A stretch of 26,320 bases of DNA from Holosporaceae bacterium (GCA_031265715.1 JAISCG010000153.1:1-26320), one strand, 5' to 3'; positions 17,205 to 24,955 are shown, counted from the first letter of the stretch. Numbers and translations: made by a program. Notes: a model not told the origin generated them from the letters alone.

Positions 17205-19529
17205 TTAAAATCTCTGCGATATATTTTCGGAAAGCGCTATGGCAAGGACTTCATCCACGGTCTCAACTTTCAGGATATTTATACTGTCCAGAATGAAAGG
17301 CTGAATTTCTTGAAGATCCGATTCGTTTTCCTTTGGAACGACAACCGTGCCGATGCCTTCGCGATGCGCAGCCAACAATTTTTCTTTCAGACCTCCGATC
17401 GGCAATACGCGTCCGCGCAGAGTTATCTCTCCGGTCATCGCCACATCTTTTTTCACCGGAATTGAAGTCAGAGAAGAAACTATTCCGGTAACCATTGCAA
17501 TTCCCGCCGACGGTCCGTCCTTCGGCGTAGCGCCTTCGGGGACGTGAATGTGAAAATCGGAATTTTCGAAAAGTTTCGGGTCGATACCGAAGGAAACGGC
17601 GCGTGATCTCACAAGACTCATGGCAGTTTGAATCGATTCCTGCATGACGTCTCCGAGTTTACCGGTCAGAGTTATTTTTCCTTTTCCCGGAACGCTGACC
17701 GCCTCTATCGAGAGCAACTCGCCGCCGACCTCCGTCCAGGCCAATCCGGTAACCACTCCGATTAAATTTTTGCTTTCCGCGCCCAGTCTCTTATATTTTT
17801 CGACGCCCGCATATTTTTCGAGATTATCAACGGTAATTTTTACGAACGTTTTTTCCGGATTTTCCGACAATTCTTTTACGGTTTTTCTCGCAAGTCTCGC
17901 GATTTTTCTTTCCAAAGATCTCACTCCGGCTTCGCGGGTATAATCGCGAATCAGAACTGTCAGCGCATCATCTTCTATGAAAAATTCACTTTCGCCGAGA
18001 CCGTTTTCCTCCATCTGCTTCGGAATCAGGTGCATTTTCGCTATTTCTTTTTTTTCCTGCTCCGTGTATCCGGACAATTGTATAATTTCCAGCCGATCGA
18101 GGAGCGGCCCGGGCATTTTGCAGGTGTTGGCGGTTGTTATAAACATCACGTCGGACAAATCATAATCTATTTCGAGATAATGATCGTTGAATGCGGAATT
18201 TTGTTCCGGATCCAAAACTTCCAGCAACGCGCTCGCCGGATCCCCTTTCCAATCGGAGCCTATTTTATCGATTTCATCCAAAAGAAAGAGGGGATTGGAT
18301 GATTTTGCTTTTTTCATTCCGGAGATAATTTTTCCGGGCATGGATCCTATATAGGTTCGGCGATGTCCTCGAATTTCAGATTCGTCCCGCACGCCTCCCA
18401 GGGAAAACTTCACATAATTTCGTCCCGTGGCTTTTGCAATCGACTTCGCCAACGACGTTTTTCCGACTCCCGGAGGCCCCACGAAACACAAAACGGATCC
18501 CTTGATTTTTCCGACACGATTTTGAACGGCAAGAAATTCCAAAATTCGCTCTTTTACTTTTTCAAGTCCGTAGTGATCTTTGTCGAGAACATCTTTCGCC
18601 TCTTTTATGTCTTTTTTTATTTTCGATTTATTTTTCCAGGGAATACTTACCAACCAATCCAAATAATTGCGAACGACGGTTGCTTCCGGAGACATCGGAG
18701 ACATGTTTTTCATTTTTTTCAGTTCGGCATTGAATCTTTCGCGAGCCTCTGCAGAAAATTTTATTTTGTAAGCCTTGTTTTCCAGCTCTTTTACCTCGTC
18801 CGCAGCGACATTTTCACCGTCGCCGAGTTCCCGCTGAATGGCCTTGATTTGTTCGTTAAGATAATATTCCTTTTGACTTTTCTCCATTTGCTTCCGAACG
18901 CGATTGCGAATTTTACGCTCGACATGAATCACGTCGATTTCGGATTCCATCAGAGATATGAGTTTTTCAAATCTCGCTGCCGTGTCGGTTTCGCCGAGTA
19001 AATCCTGCTTATCCTCGATGCGCAGAGATAAATGGGCGGCAATAACATCGATCAGGTCATCGGGCGCTTCCATTCCCTTGATCGCGGCGACGGTATCAAT
19101 GGAAATTCTGCGATTCAGTTTCATATAGTTTTCAAACAGATTGAGAACCGTGCGTCTGTACGCTTCGAGTTCGCGTTCGTTGTCGATTTCCTTCGGAATC
19201 ATCGGTTCGTATTCGACCAAACAATAGTCTTCGTCCTCCAGGCACTTCGTCACAATTATTCGCTGAATACCTTCAACCAAAATTTTTACGTTTCCGTCCG
19301 GCAATTTCAGCAGCTGCAAAACATTTCCGAGAACCCCGGAATGATATAAATCATCAAAGCGAGAATCATCTTTGTGAATGTCTCTTTGTGTCAGAAGAAC
19401 AACTCTGTTATTCTTTTTTTTCATTGAAATTTCAAGAGCTTTTATTGACCTTGAACGTCCGACAAACAACGGAACAACAACATGGGGAAAAATAACAATA
19501 TCTCTCACAGAGAGTACAGGACAATCCAA
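17205..19529 (-). CDS. lon: ATP-dependent protease La (Lon)
   Basis: Walker A GPPGVGKTS, HRRTYIG, LLDEIDK, catalytic PKDGPSAG, AMTGEITLRG and GGLKEK. TTG start with an AGGAG SD that overlaps the clpX stop. Confidence 0.98.
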   Translation of the reverse strand: MDCPVLSVRDIVIFPHVVVPLFVGRSRSIKALEISMKKKNNRVVLLTQRDIHKDDSRFDDLYHSGVLGNVLQLLKLPDGNVKILVEGIQRIIVTKCLEDEDYCLVEYEPMIPKEIDNERELEAYRRTVLNLFENYMKLNRRISIDTVAAIKGMEAPDDLIDVIAAHLSLRIEDKQDLLGETDTAARFEKLISLMESEIDVIHVERKIRNRVRKQMEKSQKEYYLNEQIKAIQRELGDGENVAADEVKELENKAYKIKFSAEARERFNAELKKMKNMSPMSPEATVVRNYLDWLVSIPWKNKSKIKKDIKEAKDVLDKDHYGLEKVKERILEFLAVQNRVGKIKGSVLCFVGPPGVGKTSLAKSIAKATGRNYVKFSLGGVRDESEIRGHRRTYIGSMPGKIISGMKKAKSSNPLFLLDEIDKIGSDWKGDPASALLEVLDPEQNSAFNDHYLEIDYDLSDVMFITTANTCKMPGPLLDRLEIIQLSGYTEQEKKEIAKMHLIPKQMEENGLGESEFFIEDDALTVLIRDYTREAGVRSLERKIARLARKTVKELSENPEKTFVKITVDNLEKYAGVEKYKRLGAESKNLIGVVTGLAWTEVGGELLSIEAVSVPGKGKITLTGKLGDVMQESIQTAMSLVRSRAVSFGIDPKLFENSDFHIHVPEGATPKDGPSAGIAMVTGIVSSLTSIPVKKDVAMTGEITLRGRVLPIGGLKEKLLAAHREGIGTVVVPKENESDLQEIQPFILDSINILKVETVDEVLAIALSENISQRF

Positions 19530-19538
19530 TATAAACTC

Positions 19539-20789
19539 CTAGGCAGCGCCACTTTTAACGTTGCTGTATTTTAGTACAGGTTTGCTTAATCCTTCAACAA
19601 CTTCTTTTGTAATTGTTATTTCTTCGACATCTTTGCATGACGGGAGCTCGTACATCAAATCCAAAAGAATGGATTCCATTATTGATCTCAGACCTCGCGC
19701 TCCGGTTTTTCTCTCCAGAGCCAATTTTGCCACGGCGGCAATCGCATCCTCCTCAAAAACCAACGAAACGTCCTCCATGTTAAACAATTTTTGGTACTGT
19801 TTTATCAGAGCATTTTTCGGTTCGGTAAGTATGGATATCAGCGCGGTTTCGTCTAAATCATTCAGCGTAGCAATAACCGGAACTCTTCCGACAAATTCCG
19901 GAATCAGTCCGTACTTCAGCAAATCTTCCGGTTCGACCTTTGAAAAAAGTTCTCCCACGTTACGATTTTCTTTGTTTTTCACCTCCGCGCCGAATCCGAT
20001 CGACGATTTTTCTCCCCGGGAAGCGATAATCTTGTCCAATCCCGAGAAGGCTCCTCCGCAAATAAACAATATGTTTGTGGTATTAACATGCAGAAATTCC
20101 TGTTGAGGATGTTTTCGTCCACCCTGGGGCGGTACGGACGAAACCGTTCCTTCCATTATCTTGAGCAGAGCCTGTTGAACTCCCTCCCCGGACACATCCC
20201 TCGTTATGGACGGATTATCGGATTTTTTTGAAATTTTATCGATCTCATCGATGTAAACAATTCCCATCTGCGCTTTTTCGACATTGTAATCCGCGGCTTG
20301 CAGCAACTTTGCGATGATATTTTCCACGTCTTCGCCCACGTATCCGGCCTCTGTCAGCGTGGTTGCGTCCGCCATGGTAAACGGCACGTTAATGACCCGG
20401 GCGAGAGTTTGAGCCAGCAGCGTTTTTCCCGTTCCGGTCGGTCCTATCAGCAGAATATTCGACTTCGACAGTTCCACATCCGAATTTTTTGCAGAGTGCG
20501 CGAGTCTTTTGTAGTGATTGTAAACGGCAACTGACAGAACTTTTTTCGCTTTATCCTGTCCTATTATATAATCGTCGAGAATCCTACAAATTTCCTGCGG
20601 CGACGGAAGACTGTCCTTATTTTTGGTAACAGGAACCTGCGGAGCTTCCGAAATTATTCCGGCACAAAGCTCAATGCACTCGTTACATATATAGACGGTC
20701 GGCCCCACGATGAGTTTTTTTACCTCATGTTGAGTCTTTCCGCAAAAAGAGCAGCGCAAGATTCCTTCACTGCCTGCTGTTTTTCCCAT
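19539..20789 (-). CDS. clpX: ATP-dependent Clp protease ATP-binding subunit ClpX
   Basis: Zinc finger CSFCGK...CNEC, Walker [29 protein letters not shown] loop and TGARGLR. Start refined to the ATG at 20789 (GGAGGT 6 nt upstream). Confidence 0.98.
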   Translation of the reverse strand: MGKTAGSEGILRCSFCGKTQHEVKKLIVGPTVYICNECIELCAGIISEAPQVPVTKNKDSLPSPQEICRILDDYIIGQDKAKKVLSVAVYNHYKRLAHSAKNSDVELSKSNILLIGPTGTGKTLLAQTLARVINVPFTMADATTLTEAGYVGEDVENIIAKLLQAADYNVEKAQMGIVYIDEIDKISKKSDNPSITRDVSGEGVQQALLKIMEGTVSSVPPQGGRKHPQQEFLHVNTTNILFICGGAFSGLDKIIASRGEKSSIGFGAEVKNKENRNVGELFSKVEPEDLLKYGLIPEFVGRVPVIATLNDLDETALISILTEPKNALIKQYQKLFNMEDVSLVFEEDAIAAVAKLALERKTGARGLRSIMESILLDLMYELPSCKDVEEITITKEVVEGLSKPVLKYSNVKSGAA

Positions 20790-20891
20790 CTGCATACCTC
20801 CCAAAATCGGCTGATGACAGTACGATCTCACAAATATTACAAAAAATACTTAACATCAAAAAAAATTACGCGACCGAATACCACAATTTTA

Positions 20892-20921
20892 TTGATAACC
20901 AAATCTGACGAATGTTAATAT
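20892..20921 (+). promoter_or_regulatory. Putative sigma70 promoter of rubrerythrin
   Basis: TTGATA (20892-20897) - N18 - TAATAT (20916-20921), with an extended -10 TG at 20913-20914. Confidence 0.4.
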
Positions 20922-20952
20922 GTCTTTAGCGTGTTGTACAGAGGAAACGTTT

Positions 20953-21480
20953 ATGAAACTTGAAAACAGTAAAACAGAGAAGAATTTGAGGGAGGCCTTT
21001 GCCGGAGAGTCGATGGCGAGGAATAAGTATACCTACTTTGCTTCCCGAGCCAGAAAAGAAGGGTTCGTCCGAGTTGCAAAAGTTTTCGAAGAAACCGCCG
21101 AAAATGAGAAAGAGCACGCAAAGATTTGGTTTAAGTTGCTGAACGGTGGAAACATTTCCGATACGGCGGAAAATCTCGAGGCAGCAGCTGCCGGCGAAAA
21201 TTACGAATGGACAGATATGTACGCAAAGTTTGCGAAGGAGGCCGAAGAGGAGGGGTTTCACGACATAGCCTTTTTGTTTAAAGCAGTTGCAGGAATAGAA
21301 AAGGATCACGAAACTCGGTACAGAAATCTTCTGAGCGAAGTTTCGGATAACACAGTTTTGAAAAAAGACAAAAAAGTGGTTTGGGTCTGCGGTAAATGCG
21401 GATATGCCCACGAAGGCTTCGAGGCGCCCGAGTTGTGCCCCGTCTGCAAGCACGCAAAGATATACTTTGAGACGAGATAG
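20953..21480 (+). CDS. rbr: Rubrerythrin
   Basis: [19 protein letters not shown], di-iron motifs ENEKEH and [17 protein letters not shown], and a C-terminal rubredoxin-like CGKC...CPVC. Start refined to the ATG at 20953 (GAGGA SD). Confidence 0.96.
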   Translation: MKLENSKTEKNLREAFAGESMARNKYTYFASRARKEGFVRVAKVFEETAENEKEHAKIWFKLLNGGNISDTAENLEAAAAGENYEWTDMYAKFAKEAEEEGFHDIAFLFKAVAGIEKDHETRYRNLLSEVSDNTVLKKDKKVVWVCGKCGYAHEGFEAPELCPVCKHAKIYFETR

Positions 21481-21481
21481 G

Positions 21482-21500
21482 GGGCGGCGTAGAGTTGCCC
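21482..21500 (+). terminator. Possible terminator hairpin after rbr
   Basis: GGGCGGC-gtaga-GTTGCCC stem (two G-U pairs) directly after the stop codon, followed by GTCATTATTT. Confidence 0.35.
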
Positions 21501-21547
21501 GTCATTATTTATGGTGACATTGTCGCGTTGCTTCTCGCAGTGACGAG
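21499..21547 (-). repeat. REP/RPE-like element, copy 2, internally deleted
   Basis: 21519-21547 (ATTGTCGCGTTGCTTCTCGCAGTGACGAG) aligns to the reverse complement of copy 1 with 3 mismatches and one 5-nt indel. A residual CGTCATT left end is at 21500-21506. Confidence 0.6.
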
Positions 21548-21650
21548 ATGAAATACTCGGTTGAATGAGACGGGTAGCGGGGCGTTTGATTATGAAACCC
21601 GTGTGTGATATGGTTCCGCGGTAATATGGTGAAAAATCGGCAGAAACGCA

Positions 21651-22658
21651 GTGGTATCCCCGGGTAGTTCTTTTACTTTCGTTGATTTGTTTGCCGGAAT
21701 AGGGGGAATAAGGAAGGCGTTTCAAAATCTGGGGGGAAGGTGCGTTTTTTCTTCGGAAATCGACCCCTTCGCAAGAAAAACCTACTGCGCTAACTTTGAT
21801 GAAGAACCTTTCGGAGATATCACAAAAATTAATAAATGCGACATTCCGGATCACGATATTTTGGCGGCCGGTTTTCCATGCCAGGCTTTTTCCATTGCAG
21901 GTAAACGCGGAGGTTTTAACGATACCCGCGGAACATTGTTTTTTGAGGTTGCGGATATCCTGAAGGTAAAAAAAGCCAAGGCTTTTTTTTTGGAGAATGT
22001 GAAGGGACTCGCTAATCACAAACAGGGAAAAACTCTGGAGACAATATTAAATGTTCTGAGAAATGACCTGGGATACGTCGTCCCGGATCCTAAAATAATT
22101 AACGCGCGCGATTACGGCGTTCCGCAGAACAGAGAGCGCATTTTTATCGTGGGATTTCGCGGCGATCTCGGTATCAAAGCCGAAGATTTTTCCTACCCCG
22201 CAGCGGTAAATTTTAAAAAATCCCTGAAAGATATTCTTGAGGATAAACCGGTATCTTTCAAGTATTATCTTTCGTCCAAGTATCTGGAATGCCTGCAAAA
22301 ACATAAAAATCGCAACGCTGCCAAGGGAAACGGATTCGGCTATGAGATATTAGATCCCGACTCTGTGGCCAATGCTTTGGTCGTGGGAGGCATGGGTAAA
22401 GAAAGAAACCTGGTCAGAGATGAAAGGTTGGAAAATTCTGTCGCATACGAAAAAATCAACAAAGACGGCATAAGAAAAATGACTCCGAGAGAGTGGGCGA
22501 GGGTGCAGGGCTTTCCCGATAGTTTTAAAATACCGGTTTCCGATTCCCAGGCATACAAACAATTCGGTAATTCCGTCGCGGTTCCGGCGGTGCAAGCCGT
22601 GGCCGAAGTTTTGATAAAATTATTGAATGACCGTGGGCTTACTACCCGACGGATATAA
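21651..22658 (+). CDS. DNA (cytosine-5)-methyltransferase, M.HpaII-like (predicted CCGG), with no adjacent endonuclease
   Basis: C5-MTase motifs DLFAGIGG, GFPCQAFS, ENVKGL, QNRERIFIVG, MTPREWAR and YKQFGNSV. The variable region KHK...KGNGFGYEI...ANALVVGGMG.ERNLV matches the M.HpaII target-recognition domain as I recall it. GTG start, uncertain. Confidence 0.95.
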   Translation: MVSPGSSFTFVDLFAGIGGIRKAFQNLGGRCVFSSEIDPFARKTYCANFDEEPFGDITKINKCDIPDHDILAAGFPCQAFSIAGKRGGFNDTRGTLFFEVADILKVKKAKAFFLENVKGLANHKQGKTLETILNVLRNDLGYVVPDPKIINARDYGVPQNRERIFIVGFRGDLGIKAEDFSYPAAVNFKKSLKDILEDKPVSFKYYLSSKYLECLQKHKNRNAAKGNGFGYEILDPDSVANALVVGGMGKERNLVRDERLENSVAYEKINKDGIRKMTPREWARVQGFPDSFKIPVSDSQAYKQFGNSVAVPAVQAVAEVLIKLLNDRGLTTRRI

Positions 22659-22850
22659 GAAGAGGTTGACAAAACGATCGAAAATTTGTGGTCGGCGCGA
22701 ACTTATTTTTTTCATAACTTTCTAAAATCATTTTTGGGTAATTTTTTTTAAGAAGGGTTGCTTTTCGACCTATTATGACATACACAACAATTGTTACGGG
22801 GTGGGTGATTTCAAAATTTTTTTTGTACGAGTGAACAATTAGAGGGGAAA

Positions 22851-23306
22851 ATGAAAAAGAATCGGTGTATTAGCGGTTTTAAAGTGTTGTTGAATGCGGC
22901 TTTTGTTCTGTCGACAGTCGAGCAGGGTAATTCGCTGCTTCAGGCGATACGGTTAGGGGATATAGCGGAAGTCGAATCTTTGATAGATCAAGGCGCAGAT
23001 GTTAATATGTCCGACGATTTCGGGTATACTCCGTTGCATTATGCTGTTATCAAGGGACGTATAGATATAGTCAGATATTTAGTAGATCACGGCGCATTTG
23101 TTGATATGGCCAACAAGTTTGGGATGACTTCGCTGCATGATGCTATCTGTAGAGGAAATGAGAATATGGTCAAATATCTGGTGTTTTGCGGTGCGAGTGT
23201 TTATGTGGTCGATAATATCGGAAGAACTCCGTTGAGTATGGCTGTCAAATCCTGGAATGAAGTTATTGTTAATTTTCTGTTAGATAATGATGCCGTCTGG
23301 CATTAA
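22851..23306 (+). CDS. Ankyrin-repeat protein (about 4 repeats) with a signal-like N-terminus
   Basis: GADVNMSDDFGYTPLHYAV, GMTSLHDAI and GRTPLSMAV repeats; GAGGGG SD; N-terminus MKKNRCISGFKVLLNAAFVLS. Confidence 0.94.
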   Translation: MKKNRCISGFKVLLNAAFVLSTVEQGNSLLQAIRLGDIAEVESLIDQGADVNMSDDFGYTPLHYAVIKGRIDIVRYLVDHGAFVDMANKFGMTSLHDAICRGNENMVKYLVFCGASVYVVDNIGRTPLSMAVKSWNEVIVNFLLDNDAVWH

Positions 23307-23364
23307 TACCAATCCTCATTACTAAATAACCAAATAATTATTATTACACAATTGGGCAACGATA

Positions 23365-23402
23365 GGGTCTTGCAGGCCACCGGTAAAAGTCTGCAAAGAC
23401 CC
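23365..23402 (+). terminator. Hairpin downstream of the ankyrin gene
   Basis: GGGTCT-TGCAG ... CTGCA-A-AGACCC: an 11-bp stem with a one-nt bulge. Confidence 0.45.
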
Positions 23403-23633
23403 GTCCGTTTCATAAAAATTTAAATAAAGAGAGTAAATTAGAATCAGCCCTGAGGCAAATGAAAGTTGAAATTACAGATAAAAAAAAAAGATCAGACGGG
23501 TGGTAAGGTCCTGTCGCTTATCGCTTTTTCTATCGCCTCAGGATTTTCTTTCGTGTACATTATACTTCTCTCAGATGCCCATATTCACGATTTAAAAAAT
23601 TCTTTTTATTTTTTTTAAAACATGTTTTTGTTT

Positions 23634-23662
23634 TTGATATCGAATGCAAAAAATGCTATATT
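23634..23662 (+). promoter_or_regulatory. Putative sigma70 promoter of the Panacea TA operon
   Basis: TTGATA (23634-23639) - N17 - TATATT (23657-23662), ending 19 nt upstream of the ATG at 23682. Confidence 0.55.
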
Positions 23663-23681
23663 CGAACTCGGGAGATTGGTT

Positions 23682-24137
23682 ATGAGTGAAGTTTACACAG
23701 CTGTCGACATAGCGAAATATATCATTTTAACAGCCCATGAAAATGGAGATGTTATAACTAATTTGAAGTTGCAAAAGCTTCTCTATTATGCGCAAGCGTG
23801 GTATATGGTTCATCATGGAGGAAAAAAGCTGTTCTCTGACAATATAGAGGCTTGGAAATTCGGGCCGGTAGTAAAGGATGTTTACGACCTTTATAAAAAA
23901 TTTTCGAGAAATCCCATTGATGAACAGGTCGACGAAGGAGATTTCGCTCGCCTGAATCCGGAAGACAGAAAATTCATGGATGAATTTCTTGGTGAGTTTA
24001 TGGATCATTCTGCTTTATCATTAGTAAATATGATTCACAATGAACCGCCGTGGAAGGAAGCCTTTGATGAAGAGGATCCCTTTTGTTCAAGCATAATTTC
24101 TACGGATTCTATGTACAATTATTATTCGAAACTCTAG
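23682..24137 (+). CDS. Panacea-domain (DUF4065/GepA/SocA-like) antitoxin
   Basis: YTAVDIAKYII...ITNLKLQKLLYYAQAW...LFSDNIEAWKFGPVVKDVY...HNEPPWK. Start refined to the ATG at 23682 (GGAGA SD). Confidence 0.93.
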   Translation: MSEVYTAVDIAKYIILTAHENGDVITNLKLQKLLYYAQAWYMVHHGGKKLFSDNIEAWKFGPVVKDVYDLYKKFSRNPIDEQVDEGDFARLNPEDRKFMDEFLGEFMDHSALSLVNMIHNEPPWKEAFDEEDPFCSSIISTDSMYNYYSKL

Positions 24138-24141
24138 AGCA

Positions 24142-24543
24142 ATGATTTTTCACAAGACGAAACATAAAGAAGGTAAGTTTAAATGTACTCCTGTTGCATA
24201 CGAAAAGATAAAACCTATTTTTTCTTTTAAAGATTTTCACAAAGACACCGAATATTACAATAAAGAAGATTCAAACAGCGACAGAAACAGCCTGTTGAAT
24301 TTTCTGAATGCTGCCAAAGATTTTTGTAATCTCACCTGGGAAGAAATAAAGAAAAACAAACAATTTCACGCACATACCGTAGATAAAACTATTCCCGGTT
24401 TTAATCTTCCGGAAGATTTAGTTTTGTTTCAATTTAAATTGCCTAATCACGACAAAGGTAGATTTGTGGGATACTTTGATAATAATTGCGTGTTTCATAT
24501 ATTGATATATGATCGCAATCATCAAATTTACTCGAGCAAATAG
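24142..24543 (+). CDS. Hypothetical protein; putative toxin partner of the Panacea antitoxin
   Basis: 133-aa ORF starting 4 nt after the antitoxin stop, with PIFSFK, LTWEEI...HAH and GRFVGY...FHILIYDRNHQIY segments. The toxin role is inferred from position only. Confidence 0.75.
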   Translation: MIFHKTKHKEGKFKCTPVAYEKIKPIFSFKDFHKDTEYYNKEDSNSDRNSLLNFLNAAKDFCNLTWEEIKKNKQFHAHTVDKTIPGFNLPEDLVLFQFKLPNHDKGRFVGYFDNNCVFHILIYDRNHQIYSSK

Positions 24544-24566
24544 CTTTAAATCTCCTCGTTATGCCT

Positions 24567-24630
24567 AACGGCAGTAAGAGCAGAGAAAAACAACATGGTT
24601 CTCACCTGTTGTCTGCCGTTTTCCTCTCTG
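24567..24630. terminator. Multi-stem structure between the convergent toxin and flp genes; likely contains the flp terminator
   Basis: Inner stem ACAACA(T)GGT / ACCTGTTGT (24590-24612) is followed by a T-run on the minus strand. Outer stem AACGGCAG / CTGCCGTT. Confidence 0.5.
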
Positions 24631-24651
24631 AGAAAAAGCCCTGCGAATATG

Positions 24652-24837
24652 TCATTTCAGCACGTTTTTTAGGTTATCGGTAATCTTGTTATATACCGTA
24701 AAATACCTCCCTCCGACGATTCTGAATGCTCCGACAAGGGTTATCGATATCATTGAAACGAGTAAAACGTACTCGATAAGTGTTGCACCGCTTTTTGGAG
24801 AAAGTTTTTTGTTTTTTTTAAAAAGTCTGTTAATCAC
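24652..24837 (-). CDS. flp: Flp/Fap (Tad, type IVc) pilin
   Basis: KSG|ATLIEYVLLVSMISITLVGAF is the Flp motif (G|xxxIEY). The start is uncertain: GTG at 24837 with GGAG upstream (favoured), or ATG at 24861/24864. Confidence 0.9.
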   Translation of the reverse strand: MINRLFKKNKKLSPKSGATLIEYVLLVSMISITLVGAFRIVGGRYFTVYNKITDNLKNVLK

Positions 24838-24955
24838 TTCATTTACGCTCCATCTCGGCATCATGATAACGCAATAAATATAAAAAAAACGTTAATCGTT
24901 TGAAGAACAATATCGGTTTATTTTCGATGGTGCGTTTTTTGTCGTTGTTTTCTGC

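Noticed and set aside
21565-21602. GGTAGCGGGG resembling the 3' end of a c-di-GMP-I riboswitch, inside an ACGGGT/ACCCGT stem
   Set aside because: The upstream GGCAAA, GAAA tetraloop and GCAAAGC elements are missing.
21626-21667. Possible frameshifted MTase N-terminus: ATG at 21626 (MVKNRQKRSGIPG*) would join the MTase frame if one base were lost in CCCCGGG
   Set aside because: The in-frame GTG at 21651 already precedes motif I, and neither start has a clear SD. It cannot be decided without reads.
17108-22672. Shadow ORFs over lon, clpX, rbr and the MTase (e.g. 18363-19001, 19561-20106, 20926-21453, 21306-22019)
   Set aside because: They lie opposite genes with unambiguous catalytic motifs; long antisense frames are expected from codon bias.
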